Shown: positions 1-8,982 of the stretch, one piece after another
Layout of the letters: each line of letters starts with the position of its first letter
How positions within the stretch are numbered: position 1 is the first letter of the stretch
Assembly (NCBI GenBank): GCA_001783065.1
Contig: MFQN01000004.1
Location: forward strand, 22,836-86,835
DNA: 64,000 nucleotides
From: Candidatus Magasanikbacteria bacterium RIFCSPLOWO2_12_FULL_43_12
Lineage (GTDB): Bacteria > Patescibacteriota > Patescibacteriia > Magasanikbacterales > UBA922
Direction of reading: 5' to 3'
Program-made: the position numbers and the translations under genes
The notes under the pieces: model-generated
Database searches by the model: none
The model's input: only the letters and a program-made list of their open reading frames with translations
Told to the model about the DNA's origin: nothing

Positions 1-56
1 TCAAGTTGATTAAAATCCTGCGCCACGGTTTCAATGTCAAAAACAACTGTGTTCAT
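1..56 (-). CDS. 5' end of a CDS running off the window (N-terminus MNTVVFDIETVAQDFNQL; possibly DEDD-type exonuclease/polymerase-like)
   Basis: Reverse complement of positions 1-56 begins ATG AAC ACA GTT... The FDIET motif resembles the Exo I motif of 3'-5' exonucleases. This is only an 18 aa partial. Confidence 0.3.
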   Translation of the reverse strand, partial: MNTVVFDIETVAQDFNQL

Positions 57-157
57 ATTATTCTGTTCTTATTTAATTAATCTAATATAACAAACTAACC
101 GACAAAAAACAATAAAAAAACCGCGTTAGTGGATTTTTTTAATGGAGAATTTTATAA

Positions 158-559
158 TTATTTTTTTTCTTCTTTCCTCACATATCCTTTTCCAGGCACC
201 TCTTTCATTCCTTTTACATCAATAACCCTTGCTATTTCCGGATCCCAATCCTTTTTAGTTTCACCTTCCGCAACGGAAGCGCCGCCCAGTGCCGCTTCCA
301 ATGCGCCGAGGTCATAACTGCCGGTTGGGTCCGGATCAACTGCTGAACTAACGCTTTTGGATACCCCGTCCGGTTCCTTAATTATAACCTTTCTATTTTG
401 TGCGGGTAACATTTCTGTCTTTTTTCTAAGTTTGACTCCGCAAGACTGACAAAAATTGCCCGGAGCTTTTCCTTCTTCCGCGGCAGACTCGCCACAACTG
501 GAACATAAACCGCCGCTTTTAATTTCGGCTGAATGTCTCCTTGGTGCTTCTCCGCTCAT
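158..559 (-). CDS. zinc-ribbon domain protein (CxxC...CxxC)
   Basis: 133 aa ORF with two Cys pairs (CSSCG, CQSCG) at the N-terminus and a charged, disordered-looking C-terminal region. The overlapping plus-strand ORF 129..317 is likely spurious. Confidence 0.5.
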   Translation of the reverse strand: MSGEAPRRHSAEIKSGGLCSSCGESAAEEGKAPGNFCQSCGVKLRKKTEMLPAQNRKVIIKEPDGVSKSVSSAVDPDPTGSYDLGALEAALGGASVAEGETKKDWDPEIARVIDVKGMKEVPGKGYVRKEEKK

Positions 560-577
560 ATTTTTAAATTATCTGAT

Positions 578-1774
578 TTATAACTGACTATTAACGGTTG
601 TATCCACAGCCCCGCCAACTGGCGCTGGCTGGTTCTGAAGTACTGGCTTGATTATCTCTGGTTTTATTTTTTTAACCCCCTCGTTCTCATTTTCACCATC
701 GTCTTTGATCTCTTTTTTAATTCCAGCGCTTTCTTCTTTAAATTCGTTTTTCAATTCTTGTTTTAACGCTTTAAGTTTAATAACCGCGCCCGGCTTATTT
801 ACCGGCAACGGCTTGACCGCCTCGCCATTTTTAATTTTTTCTAATTTGTTTTCTAATTTTTCTTGTTTAATTTCTTGTTTAAGTCCTTGTTTGTTTTCCA
901 AACGCTCCTCGCGTCTGTCTCCAAGCATCTCAACGCGATCCTGCCGCAATTCTTTAATTTGTTCTTTCGCCTGCTCTTTCACTGTTTCATCGCCCGCTTT
1001 AAATTCCTGCATCAATTCTGCTCTGCGCTCGCGATATTGTTTAACTTCCTCCGCGTGAGCTTCAATCCGGTCTTTTACCGCTTGCAAATGTTCGCGTGTC
1101 TCGGCTGGCGCGTTTTCATTGTTAATCGCGTTTAACAAACGACGCTCTTGAGCCGCGGCTTTTTCGCGCAGTTCATCAAACTTTTCCACCGCCCCCTCGG
1201 GAAGTTTTTCCTCTATCCTGTCCATTACCGCCTCGCGCCTGATTTGGTGCGTCGCGATATTGCGCAATAAACGCTGTCCCTCTTCATTTTTTTGCTCTAA
1301 AAGCCGTTCGCGGCGAGCCTCAACTTTTTCCATCATCTTCTGCGCCTGACCGATCACGCGATGAATGCGCGCTTGCACTTTTTGGTCTTCGGATTTCTGC
1401 GCCATCAACTCCGCTAATCGCATGCGCTCTTCCGCGAATTGCAATTGCTTTTCCGCTTTTTTAACCGGATTAAAAGTTAAACCGATTGAAACTTGTTCTT
1501 TCAGACCTTTCCACCATAAACCAAAACCTGATGGCACTTCTTTTGGCTCTTCTATCTTCATTCCTTCCAACTCTTCACTGACAACCGGCGTAGTCGGATT
1601 AACCGCGGTTACCGGAGTCGTAGCATCTGTTGTCGGCTGAACCGCGTCTGGGATCACGACTGTTGTCGGCTGATCAGAAGCAGGCAAAGCTGTCTCGCCC
1701 TGCGCCATAACCGGCGCGAACCACAAAACGACTAATATTACTAAAAAAATTAACCAATATCTCATAAAATACAT
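578..1774 (-). CDS. secreted coiled-coil protein (E/K/R/Q-rich), hypothetical
   Basis: N-terminal signal peptide (MYFMRYWLIFLVILVVLWFAPVMAQG), then a long charged low-complexity region with heptad-like repeats. Confidence 0.55.
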   Translation of the reverse strand: MYFMRYWLIFLVILVVLWFAPVMAQGETALPASDQPTTVVIPDAVQPTTDATTPVTAVNPTTPVVSEELEGMKIEEPKEVPSGFGLWWKGLKEQVSIGLTFNPVKKAEKQLQFAEERMRLAELMAQKSEDQKVQARIHRVIGQAQKMMEKVEARRERLLEQKNEEGQRLLRNIATHQIRREAVMDRIEEKLPEGAVEKFDELREKAAAQERRLLNAINNENAPAETREHLQAVKDRIEAHAEEVKQYRERRAELMQEFKAGDETVKEQAKEQIKELRQDRVEMLGDRREERLENKQGLKQEIKQEKLENKLEKIKNGEAVKPLPVNKPGAVIKLKALKQELKNEFKEESAGIKKEIKDDGENENEGVKKIKPEIIKPVLQNQPAPVGGAVDTTVNSQL

Positions 1775-1863
1775 TTAAAAATTATCCGCCCAATCAGGCT
1801 ATCTATAGTATAGGCTAAAAAGAAAAGCGGGGCAACCCGCTTGTCCACATGTCTGGTTTTCCA

Positions 1864-1995
1864 TCATCCTGCCGCCACTCGCGGCAAGAATAAAAAAACA
1901 GACACCAACAGCGCGATGCCTGCCAACAAGTAATAATAAACCAAAAAAATCGCGGAGTTTGACTGGGGCTCCGCCCCCGTATTTTTGTTTCGCAT
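1864..1995 (-). CDS. possible small membrane protein (43 aa, one TM helix)
   Basis: Minus-strand ATG at 1995, ORF MRNKNTGAEPQSNSAIFLVYYYLLAGIALLVSVFLFLPRVAAG, followed by a hairpin GCGGGttgCCCCGC plus a T-tract at about 1825-1850 on the minus strand. Below the ORF-track size cutoff. Confidence 0.25.
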   Translation of the reverse strand: MRNKNTGAEPQSNSAIFLVYYYLLAGIALLVSVFLFLPRVAAG

Positions 1996-2063
1996 ATTTT
2001 TATTTTGATTTTTGATTAATTACATTATTTTTATGTAATCAATGTTAATAGTATAGCACAAAT

Positions 2064-2092
2064 TTGACCTTTTGTCAATAGTGTCGTACAAT
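2064..2092 (+). promoter_or_regulatory. sigma70-like promoter (TTGACC-17-TACAAT) upstream of the recombinase gene
   Basis: TTGACC at 2064-2069, 17 nt spacer, TACAAT at 2087-2092. Confidence 0.45.
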
Positions 2093-2096
2093 ATAA

Positions 2097-2207
2097 TATG
2101 CGAACTTACGAATACTTACGAAATTACGAACTACGAAACATGGCTTCGATCAACGTTTTTTCTAAATTTTCGTAGTTCGTAATTTCGCACCCTTTTCGTA
2201 TGTTCGC
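2097..2207. repeat. inverted pair of the 'TTCGTAGTTCGTAATTTCG...TTCGCA' repeat family (family B)
   Basis: atgcgaacttacgaatacttacgaaattacgaactacgaaa ... tttcgtagttcgtaatttcgcaccc ttttcgtatgttcgcatat. The same 40-45 nt unit recurs at 13919, 16439, 16922, 20011, 20101 and 20770. Confidence 0.7.
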
Positions 2208-2209
2208 AT

Positions 2210-3175
2210 ATGACCAAGACTCTTAGCAAATACCTCATCGACTTCCTGGAATATTTGGAAATAGAAAAAAACCGCAGCCAGCAGACGGTGCGGAATTATG
2301 ATTTTTATTTAAAAAGATTCATTGGTTGGTTTGGCGACAAAAGTCCGAAAAAACTGGAAGCGGAAAATGTGCGTCAATATCGCCTCTGGTTAAACCGGCT
2401 GGCTGACGCGCATGGGGATTCTTTGAGAAAAAACACACAAAATTATCATTTGATTGCTTTGCGTTCGTTTTTGAAATATCTAGCCAAACGCGATGTGAGG
2501 ACTCTGGCGGCGGAAAAAATTGAACTGATGAAAATGCCGGACCGCGAAGTAAGTTTTTTGGAAGGAAGTGATTTGAATAGACTGTTGGAAGCACCCTTAG
2601 CGAATAAGATACAAGATACAAACAACGAGACACAAACGACCGGAGATGCGGTATTGATTAAATATAGAGACAAGGCGATATTGGAGATGTTGTTTTCCAC
2701 CGGGTTGCGCGTGTCAGAGTTGGTTGGGTTAAAAAAAGATAAAGTTAATCTGGAAAAAGAAGAGTTTACCATCATGGGTAAAGGCAGAAAATCCCGCGTA
2801 GTTTTTTTGTCAGAGCAGGCGAGATATTGGCTGAAAAAATATTTGGAAACAAGGCAAGATATGAATCAATATTTATTTGTGTCGCATGATAAAAGAAGCG
2901 GCAAAACATTGGAACAGCCGCTGACGCCGAGATCGGTGCAGAGATTGGTGCAAAAATACGCGCGCGCGGCGGGAATTACTAAGCCGGTAACACCACATAC
3001 TTTGCGGCATTCCTACGCGACGGATTTATTGCAAAACGGCGCGGATATCCGCAGCGTGCAGACTATGCTTGGACACTCGTCAATTACCACCACGCAAATC
3101 TACACGCATATCACTGATAAAGAGCTGAAAAATATCTATAAAAAATTTCATGGCAAACAGAGGGGCAACAGTTGA
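2210..3175 (+). CDS. xerD: site-specific tyrosine recombinase, XerC/XerD family
   Basis: 321 aa. N-terminal SAM-like domain (LIDFLEYLEIEKNRSQQTVRNY). C-terminal catalytic motifs HTLRHSYATDLLQNGADIRSVQTMLGHSSITTTQIYTH with Tyr. Confidence 0.85.
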   Translation: MTKTLSKYLIDFLEYLEIEKNRSQQTVRNYDFYLKRFIGWFGDKSPKKLEAENVRQYRLWLNRLADAHGDSLRKNTQNYHLIALRSFLKYLAKRDVRTLAAEKIELMKMPDREVSFLEGSDLNRLLEAPLANKIQDTNNETQTTGDAVLIKYRDKAILEMLFSTGLRVSELVGLKKDKVNLEKEEFTIMGKGRKSRVVFLSEQARYWLKKYLETRQDMNQYLFVSHDKRSGKTLEQPLTPRSVQRLVQKYARAAGITKPVTPHTLRHSYATDLLQNGADIRSVQTMLGHSSITTTQIYTHITDKELKNIYKKFHGKQRGNS

Positions 3176-3234
3176 CAATAATGAGTTTCTGGGCTAAAAT
3201 ATCGGCACAATTGTAAACTGAAAATTAATCGTAT

Positions 3235-3306
3235 GGCCCCGTAGTTCAATGGATAGAACACCCGCCTTCTAAGCAGGTAATCTTGGTTCGATTCCAAGCG
3301 GGGTCA
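3235..3306 (+). tRNA. tRNA-Arg (anticodon TCT)
   Basis: Cloverleaf: acceptor GGCCCCG/CGGGGTC, D-stem GTTC/GAAC, anticodon loop CTTCTAA, T-arm CTTGG-TTCGATT-CCAAG, discriminator A. CCA is not encoded. Confidence 0.8.
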
Positions 3307-3362
3307 CATAGAAAAAATTTTCAATTTGTAATTTATAATTTTTAATTATTGACATTAATTTT

Positions 3363-4109
3363 ATGTCAGAAATCCTAACTCCCGTCGCTATCGCGATTGG
3401 CATTCTCGTCATCATAAGCGTCCGGCAAGTAAATCAGTATCAGCGAGGCGTAAAATTCATGCTGGGAAAATATATCACCACCGCTGAACCGGGCTGGCGT
3501 TTGATAATTCCGATTATTCAAAGCTTGATCAAAATTGACATGCGCACCAAAGCTGTGGATGTGCCTCTGCAAGAAGCAATCACGAAAGATAATATCTCGG
3601 CTAAAATCAACGCGGTGATTTATTACAAAGTCGTTGACGCGGCCAAAGCGGTGCTGGAAGTGGAAAATTTTTGGAACGCGGTTTCCCAATTGGCGCAAAC
3701 GACGATGCGAAATGTCGTCGGCGAATTAGAGCTGGATGAATTGCTGGCCAACCGCGACACCGCGGCGCAGAGAATAAAAGAAATTATTGAAAATGCCGCC
3801 AGTCAGTGGGGAATCAAAGTGGAGGCGGTTGAACTGAAAGACATTGTCTTGCCGGAAAATATGCAGAGAGTAATCGCCCAGCAAGCCGAAGCCGAACGGG
3901 AAAAAAGATCAGTGATTATCAAAGCGAGCGGAGAAGTGATTGCCGCGGAAAACATCGCCAAAGCCGCCGCCATTCTGGCGCAATCACCCGGCGCGCTTCA
4001 CTTGCGGACATTGAGCACGATCAATGATTTAAGTTCAGACCAATCAAACACTGTTATCTTCGCGGTGCCGCTGGAAGTATTGCGGGCGTTTGAGCGACTG
4101 GGGAAATAA
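3363..4109 (+). CDS. SPFH/band-7 (stomatin/prohibitin-like) membrane protein
   Basis: 248 aa with an N-terminal TM helix and a conserved SPFH core (QYQRGVKFMLGKY...AKINAVIYYKVVD...VELKDIVLPENMQRVIAQQAEAEREKRSVIIKASGE). Confidence 0.85.
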   Translation: MSEILTPVAIAIGILVIISVRQVNQYQRGVKFMLGKYITTAEPGWRLIIPIIQSLIKIDMRTKAVDVPLQEAITKDNISAKINAVIYYKVVDAAKAVLEVENFWNAVSQLAQTTMRNVVGELELDELLANRDTAAQRIKEIIENAASQWGIKVEAVELKDIVLPENMQRVIAQQAEAEREKRSVIIKASGEVIAAENIAKAAAILAQSPGALHLRTLSTINDLSSDQSNTVIFAVPLEVLRAFERLGK

Positions 4110-4117
4110 ACGAATGG

Positions 4118-4607
4118 TGATCTTGCGTCTCCCCCCTACGAAGGGGAGAACAAGGGGGGTGTTCGCCAATCGCGGCTCACTTGTGTGGTGTTTGAAAATC
4201 GATAATATAATTTTCTATTTCTACTAATATACTTTCTAAATCCTCCCTCACCCGCTCGTCATCAAACCGCAAAACCGTTAAACCCAAATCTTCTATATAA
4301 TCCACCCGTCTCCTGTCATACGCTTCTTTCCCCTCGTGGCTGATGCCGTCTATTTCAATAACTAATTTTAATTCAAAACAAAAAAAGTCGGCAATGAAGT
4401 TACCGATTGGCTTCTGTCGCATAAACTTGTAACCTTGAAGGCGTCTATTTCTTAAACAATGCCACAACATCCGTTCAGCATAAGTGCGGCCTTTGCGTCG
4501 CAATTTACTGGCATATGATTTTAACTTGGGGTTGTATTGTATTTTCATGGTAGTGGTTTTGACACGAGCGAACACCCCCTCTGTCTCCCCCTTCGTAGGG
4601 GGAGGAC
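4118..4607. mobile_element. DUF559-endonuclease cassette bracketed by about 38 bp terminal inverted repeats
   Basis: Left arm CTCCCCCCTACGAAGGGGAGaacaaGGGGGGTGTTCGCC (4118-4156). Right arm GCGAACACCCCCTCTGTCTCCCCCTTCGTAGGGGGAG (4571-4607) is its reverse complement. They enclose one DUF559 gene. Confidence 0.5.
4177..4548 (-). CDS. DUF559 (Vsr-like endonuclease domain) protein
   Basis: Conserved DUF559 core YKFMRQKPIGNFIADFFCFELKLVIEIDGISHE...LGLTVLRFDDERV. The ORF-track N-terminal extension up to 4617 is read-through of the flanking repeat. The likely start is MKIQYNPK at 4548. Confidence 0.75.
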   Translation of the reverse strand: MKIQYNPKLKSYASKLRRKGRTYAERMLWHCLRNRRLQGYKFMRQKPIGNFIADFFCFELKLVIEIDGISHEGKEAYDRRRVDYIEDLGLTVLRFDDERVREDLESILVEIENYIIDFQTPHK

Positions 4608-4700
4608 GCGCGCTCACTATTTATATTTTTAAATAGACTTTCAATTGACAAAAGAAAAAAAATTTAATATAATAGTCGCGTTTTATTAAGGAAGCATTTG

Positions 4701-4775
4701 GGTGACCATAGTTTAACGGTAAAACTGCGGATTGTGGATCCGCTATCGAGGGTTCAACTCCCTCTGGTCACCCCA
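4701..4775 (+). tRNA. tRNA-His (anticodon GTG) with genomically encoded G-1 and CCA
   Basis: G-1 at 4701 opposite discriminator C. Acceptor GTGACCA/TGGTCAC, anticodon loop TTGTGGA, T-arm GAGGG-TTCAACT-CCCTC, 3' CCA encoded. Confidence 0.85.
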
Positions 4776-4785
4776 ATGCTTCTTT

Positions 4786-5529
4786 TTATTCCCTTATATC
4801 CTTATACTCCTTCGTAAACGGTCTCTTGAAGACTAAAATCCAAAAAAAATTAAGGGCGTAGCGATAGCCGGTGATGAAAGCGCCTTCTTTGGCTAAACGC
4901 CTGCCGGAGCTTAAAATCGGCAGACTGAAAGTAAATTTAACCGGACCGACCGCGCGAATCCTGCGCGCGATGTCCGTATCTTCGCCGTAAAAACTTATGC
5001 TGGTGTCAAAACCGCCTATTTTTTCCAAAGCCGTTCTCCTAACGATAAAATTTCCGCCCTGCAACATCGCGCCCTTTTTAAAAAAAATCTCATTAAAAAT
5101 ATAAATCAAATAACCCAAACCATAAAAAATTTTTGTCTGGATTTTTGTCCACCGCGGCAAATCATAAAATACGCATGGGCCGGATAGAGCCGCCAAGTTT
5201 GGATTACCAGCAAATTCAGTGAAAACTTTTTTTAACCAACCTCCTGGCATTATATTATCCGCGTCGATGTTGGCGATCAAATCTCCCTTAGACGCCAAAA
5301 AACCCGCTTGGCGGGCAAACACTATTCCTTTTTTATTTTCATCAACAACTTTCACGCGTGGAAACGATAGCGCGATTTCTTTTGTCTTGTCAGTGCTCGC
5401 GTTGTTGACAACAATAATTTCCGCTTCGTAAAAATTATTTTTAATCTCTTTCAAAACCGATTCCAAACACCGGCCGATATTGGCTTCTTCATTGTGGGCG
5501 GGAATGATAAACGAAATAGCAAAACCCAT
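4786..5529 (-). CDS. family 2 glycosyltransferase
   Basis: 247 aa. FIIPAHNEEANIGRCLESV...IIVVNNASTDKT...NIDADN motifs typical of GT2. Confidence 0.75.
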   Translation of the reverse strand: MGFAISFIIPAHNEEANIGRCLESVLKEIKNNFYEAEIIVVNNASTDKTKEIALSFPRVKVVDENKKGIVFARQAGFLASKGDLIANIDADNIMPGGWLKKVFTEFAGNPNLAALSGPCVFYDLPRWTKIQTKIFYGLGYLIYIFNEIFFKKGAMLQGGNFIVRRTALEKIGGFDTSISFYGEDTDIARRIRAVGPVKFTFSLPILSSGRRLAKEGAFITGYRYALNFFWILVFKRPFTKEYKDIRE

Positions 5530-5605
5530 AACCCAGCTAACAAAACACAGAGAATTGGCGATTTGGCTCGTTGTGTTTTGTTAATTGTGTTATGAGTTCT
5601 GAAAC

Positions 5606-6118
5606 TCACCAAATCGTCCCTTCGTTTATCGTCTCGTTCAGTGGATCGGAATTATAATATTGGCTCGTATCTTCGTCCACTGTAAATTCCGAACCGGAAT
5701 AGAGCGGTGTCGTCGGCTTGTTGTATTGTTGCGCCTTCAGCAAATATTTGTTGACAAATAAAGTTATGCTGAACGCGCTGAAAGTTATCAGCAGGCCGAT
5801 GACGCAATAACGAATTACTTTCTTCCCCTTTTCAACTTTTTCTTCCTCGCCGGCGGATAAAGTAATCAAAAAACCGGCGTAAACCATATAGAGTGTAAAC
5901 AAAACTCCCACTGTTCCAAGCATCACCTGAACCACCAGCGCCGCCACCTCTCTCGGGTCGCGAGCGTTGCCATAGTTCGCGCCCTTTGTCCCCGCGGCGG
6001 ATTGCAATTGGGTTTGCAGGTCGGTGGTGTAGTCGGCGGATGCTGGAAGAGCTGGCAACACGAAGGCAGACAGAATGATGATTGTAAAAAATAGTTTATA
6101 CATGGATTTAAAACACAT
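5606..6118 (-). CDS. two-helix pilin-like membrane protein, paralog 1 (VirB2/TrbC-like topology)
   Basis: Signal peptide, then a hydrophobic helix ...LYMVYAGFLITLSAGEEEKVEKGKK... and a second helix VIGLLITFSAFSITLFV, then an acidic C-terminal tail. It shares the family motif (L/F)xxY(A/G)G(Y/F)xWMTARGEEE...K....I..IG..I...Y.IT.FV with 11 downstream paralogs. Confidence 0.6.
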   Translation of the reverse strand: MCFKSMYKLFFTIIILSAFVLPALPASADYTTDLQTQLQSAAGTKGANYGNARDPREVAALVVQVMLGTVGVLFTLYMVYAGFLITLSAGEEEKVEKGKKVIRYCVIGLLITFSAFSITLFVNKYLLKAQQYNKPTTPLYSGSEFTVDEDTSQYYNSDPLNETINEGTIW

Positions 6119-6221
6119 AACACAATTAACAAAACACAGAGAATTGACGGTGGACTATTTTCCTGCTTCTTTGCTTTTCTCTAAGCCGTTTATCAGACTC
6201 CACAGCATCGCCCCCACTTCG

Positions 6222-6515
6222 TCAAGGAGGCCCATTGTCTCTTGGTACTCTTTCTGGTTTATCCACTCTCTCTTTTAAACAGAAAAATATTAAATATTTA
6301 CACTCCTTACAAGAACCATACGCGGTTTCAAAAAACTGTATCTTTACTCCTGTCTTAAACCGCGCATGTCCCTCAACAAAATTTAACATTATTGAAATTA
6401 TTGCTCTTCTCAACTGGCTGGTGATGCCATAAATCTCTTCACGGGGAAACTTTTTTGTTAAATCATATACCAACATTATCAAATCGTGCGCTTTCCTTTT
6501 AAAAATTACGCCCAT
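6222..6515 (-). CDS. four-helix-bundle protein (23S rRNA intervening-sequence protein family)
   Basis: KRKAHDLIMLVYDLTKKFPREEIYGITSQLRRAIISIMLNFVEGHARF...AYGSCKECKYLIFF matches the TIGR02436/PF05635 pattern. Confidence 0.7.
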   Translation of the reverse strand: MGVIFKRKAHDLIMLVYDLTKKFPREEIYGITSQLRRAIISIMLNFVEGHARFKTGVKIQFFETAYGSCKECKYLIFFCLKERVDKPERVPRDNGPP

Positions 6516-6610
6516 CCCGTCATTTCCCATATTTTATTTGTTGTGTGTTTTGTATTTTATCGCTCGTCGTGGTTGTGTTTTGTTAATTGTGTTTTGTGTT
6601 CTGAACAACA

Positions 6611-7027
6611 TCACTTCGCAACATCGCCACCCTCTGTCACCAGCGCCGGCAGACGCGAGCCGATAAACAATGTAATACTGTAGGAAAATAATATTATTAT
6701 CAACCCGATAATCGCCATTCTCATTATCTTTCCGCCTTTCTCGGCTTTTTCTTCCTCGCCATGAGAAGTGAAATAATTATACCCGCCGTAGAATATTAAA
6801 ATTGTAAAAACAATGCCGGTTACCGCGAGTATCATCCTTACCACCCCCATTATCGCCAAACGCGGATCAATTGCTTCGGAAAACTGCGCTGTCTCTGCCC
6901 CGGCTTTCACCTGCCCCATCACATTTTCAGTAAGGTCGGCGGAAACCGGCGCCAAACCAAAAATTAAACTCAAACCCAAAGCAAATAGGGCTGTTAAAAT
7001 TAATTTGTGTTTTAGGAAAAAATACAT
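6611..7027 (-). CDS. two-helix pilin-like membrane protein, paralog 2
   Basis: Likely start MYFFLKHKLIL at 7027. The ORF-track N-terminal extension reads through a hairpin repeat. Core ILIFYGGYNYFTSHGEEEKAEKGGKIMRMAIIGLIIILFSYSITLFIG. Confidence 0.6.
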   Translation of the reverse strand: MYFFLKHKLILTALFALGLSLIFGLAPVSADLTENVMGQVKAGAETAQFSEAIDPRLAIMGVVRMILAVTGIVFTILIFYGGYNYFTSHGEEEKAEKGGKIMRMAIIGLIIILFSYSITLFIGSRLPALVTEGGDVAK

Positions 7028-7030
7028 ATT

Positions 7031-7125
7031 ATTTAAGTCATTGCGAGGAACGAAGCCGAAGCGTAGTGACGAAGCAATCCAGAACGATCGCGATGGATTG
7101 CTTCGTCGTCTGCGGACTCCTCGCA
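7031..7125. repeat. long hairpin repeat (family D: ...CTCGCAATGAC / TGGATTGCTTCGTCG...)
   Basis: gtcattgcgaggaacgaagccgaagcgtagtgacgaagcaatcca...tggattgcttcgtcgtctgcggactcctcgcaatgac. A second copy lies inside holA at 25561-25655. Confidence 0.65.
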
Positions 7126-7150
7126 ATGACAGAATGCGTAATCGCTTATA

Positions 7151-7741
7151 TTATTTAAAATCGCTCGCCGAACAAACAGCGCCCGTGGTTTTCGTAATCT
7201 CTTTTGGCGTCGCTTTACAACCCAAATAGCCTTCACATTTCGCTATACATACCTCCCAAGATTCAACAGAATAATCGCAGTCTTTACCGGTCTCCCAAGG
7301 ATCGTCGCCGACTTTTTCACACACCTGGCAACAAATCACTTCCTCTCCTTCATCTTCTCCAGTAACGTCCGTCAACCTTGGCACCACAAAAGTGGTAATG
7401 CTGTATGCTCCGACTAAAATTATAAAACCGATAATTGAAGAAATAATAATTTTTTGCGCTTTTTCCACCGGCTCTTCCTCGCCGCGAGCTGTCATCCACA
7501 GCCAGCCGGCATACACCATCAGGACTAAAAAAATCACGCCGGTAAAAGATAGTATTATCGCGATAATAGAACCGACTGTTTCCGCGAACGTAGTTTCCGT
7601 TGTGTTTGGATTATACCCGGCGTCTTTTGCCGCTTTCTGCGTCGCGCCACTGCCGAAATCTAAAGCAAACGCGCTTGACGCGGCGCTAAATAGTAACACT
7701 GATATCAGACAGAAAAATAAAATTTTGCGAATCTTTGGCAT
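7151..7741 (-). CDS. two-helix pilin-like membrane protein, paralog 3, with a Cys-rich C-terminal domain
   Basis: Likely start MPKIRKILFF at 7741. Core FLVLMVYAGWLWMTARGEEEPVEKAQKIIISSIIGFIILVGAYSITTFVVP. The roughly 70 aa tail has 8 Cys (ICCQVCEK...CDYSVESWEVCIAKCEGYLGCK...CSASDFK). Confidence 0.65.
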   Translation of the reverse strand: MPKIRKILFFCLISVLLFSAASSAFALDFGSGATQKAAKDAGYNPNTTETTFAETVGSIIAIILSFTGVIFLVLMVYAGWLWMTARGEEEPVEKAQKIIISSIIGFIILVGAYSITTFVVPRLTDVTGEDEGEEVICCQVCEKVGDDPWETGKDCDYSVESWEVCIAKCEGYLGCKATPKEITKTTGAVCSASDFK

Positions 7742-7872
7742 AGCGGAGTTCACAGATTCCCTCCTCGGAGGAGGGCGAGGGAGGTGTTCGCCAACCTTCG
7801 CGAACACACCCCCTGCCCCTCTCCGAGAGGGGAAGTTACGAGTTCCCTCCTCGGAGGAGGGCGAGGAAGGTG
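7741..7872. repeat. REP-like triple-hairpin repeat (family A: CCTCCTCGGAGGAGG / GGTGTTCGC..GCGAACACACC / CCCCTCTCCGAGAGGGG)
   Basis: Tandem units. The same element recurs at 8251-8390, 13791-13908, 24083-24203, 32259-32336 and 41093-41176. Variants are at 4118-4156/4571-4607 and 9661-9745/10150-10262. Confidence 0.8.
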
Positions 7873-8265
7873 TTATCCCTCTTTATGATGTTTAATCCAA
7901 TCATTAATAACTTCCCACACACCTTCCATATGACACTTAACTTGGTTCTCGGTAAATCGTAAAAACTTTATATCATTGCTTTCTAAAAACTTTTGTCTTT
8001 GGTTGTCGTAATGAATTTTTCCATCATGACTTATGCCATCCACTTCAATTGCCAACATCAGTTCGGAACAAAAAAAGTCTACAATATAGCGATACAGCGG
8101 TTTTTGACGGTGAAATTTATAACCCTCCAATTGTTTGCCACTTAAGTATTTCCACAAAAGAATTTCGGCCAGTGTAGAATTTAAACGCAAATTTCTTGCC
8201 CGTTCTTTCAGTTTCGGATCGTAAGGAATAAATTTTTTTATCATATTTTTTACCCCAGCGAACAC
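7873..8265 (-). CDS. DUF559 (Vsr-like endonuclease domain) protein, copy 2
   Basis: YKFHRQKPLYRYIVDFFCSELMLAIEVDGISHD...IKFLRFTENQV. Flanked on both sides by family A repeats. Confidence 0.75.
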   Translation of the reverse strand: MFAGVKNMIKKFIPYDPKLKERARNLRLNSTLAEILLWKYLSGKQLEGYKFHRQKPLYRYIVDFFCSELMLAIEVDGISHDGKIHYDNQRQKFLESNDIKFLRFTENQVKCHMEGVWEVINDWIKHHKEG

Positions 8266-8390
8266 ACCCCTTGCCCCTCTCCGAGAGGGGAAGTTACGAG
8301 TTCCCTCCTCGGAGGAGGGCGAGGGAGGTGTTCGCCAACCTTCGCGAACACACCCCCTGCCCCTCTCCGAGAGGGGAGTTGTTGAACTAC
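8251..8390. repeat. REP-like triple-hairpin repeat (family A)
   Basis: cccctctccgagaggggaagttacgagttccctcctcggaggagggcgagggaggtgttcgccaaccttcgcgaacacaccccctgcccctctccgagagggg. Confidence 0.8.
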
Positions 8391-8968
8391 TTACACTCGC
8401 TCGCCGGCTTCAGCCCAATATATTTATATTCCAAACTAAGACATTCTTTTTCTGTCATTGGTTTTTGGGGACATTCTGTCTTGAACCAACCGGACATCCC
8501 TGTTTTGCACAATTTGCAACACTCAACTTTCGTTCCTCCGACTTCTTCGCTCGCGCCGCTGCCGCCGGTTTTGTTCAAAATCTTCGGCACAACAAAAGTT
8601 GTAATACTGTACGCGGCGACGACAATGACCATGCCAATGACCGCGGCGATAATTATTTCATGCGCTTTGCTAATCTGCTCTTCCTCGCCGCGCGCTGTCA
8701 TCCATAAATAACCGGCGTAAACCATTAAAATCAAAAACACCACGCCGAGCATTGATAACACGGCTTGAATCAAAAAACCGATGTTGCCGGAAAAGGTCGT
8801 TTCTGTCGCCGTGTCATATTTAGCTTGAGTTGCCGCGGTGTCCGCTTTTTCCCAGCCCAATAAACTTTGGGCTTTGACATTAGCGGTTGGAAAGAAAGAT
8901 AAAAACAAAACCGAACAAAAAAGAACAAAATTGAACGAAATTAGATTAATTCTTTCTACTCTGTTCAT
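8387..8968 (-). CDS. two-helix pilin-like membrane protein, paralog 4, with a Cys-rich C-terminal domain
   Basis: Core FLILMVYAGYLWMTARGEEEQISKAHEIIIAAVIGMVIVVAAYSITTFVVP. Tail ...VECCKLCKTGMSGWFKTECPQKPMTEKECLSLEYKYIGLKPASECK. The start was chosen at an internal Met to avoid overlap with paralog 5. Confidence 0.6.
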   Translation of the reverse strand: MNRVERINLISFNFVLFCSVLFLSFFPTANVKAQSLLGWEKADTAATQAKYDTATETTFSGNIGFLIQAVLSMLGVVFLILMVYAGYLWMTARGEEEQISKAHEIIIAAVIGMVIVVAAYSITTFVVPKILNKTGGSGASEEVGGTKVECCKLCKTGMSGWFKTECPQKPMTEKECLSLEYKYIGLKPASECK

Positions 8969-8982
8969 AACTAAATTATATC

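Noticed and set aside
129-317. Plus-strand 62 aa ORF overlapping the zinc-ribbon gene.
   Set aside because: It lies entirely antisense to the better-supported minus-strand ORF 158..559. It has low-complexity composition and no RBS.
4549-4617. N-terminal extensions of ORFs 4177..4617, 6611..7126, 7151..7807, 13216..13872 and 40842..41195.
   Set aside because: The extensions run into the flanking repeats. Internal Met codons give proper signal peptides or conserved family starts, so shorter starts were called.
8271-8711. Six-frame ORFs that read through family A repeats (8271..8711, 10020..10274, 13601..13927, 13849..14166, 24024..24251, 41040..41225, 32194..32397).
   Set aside because: Their sequences (PSPRGE, LLGGGRGRCS, LPPRRRAR...) are translations of the palindromic repeat. 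The same peptides recur at every repeat copy regardless of context.
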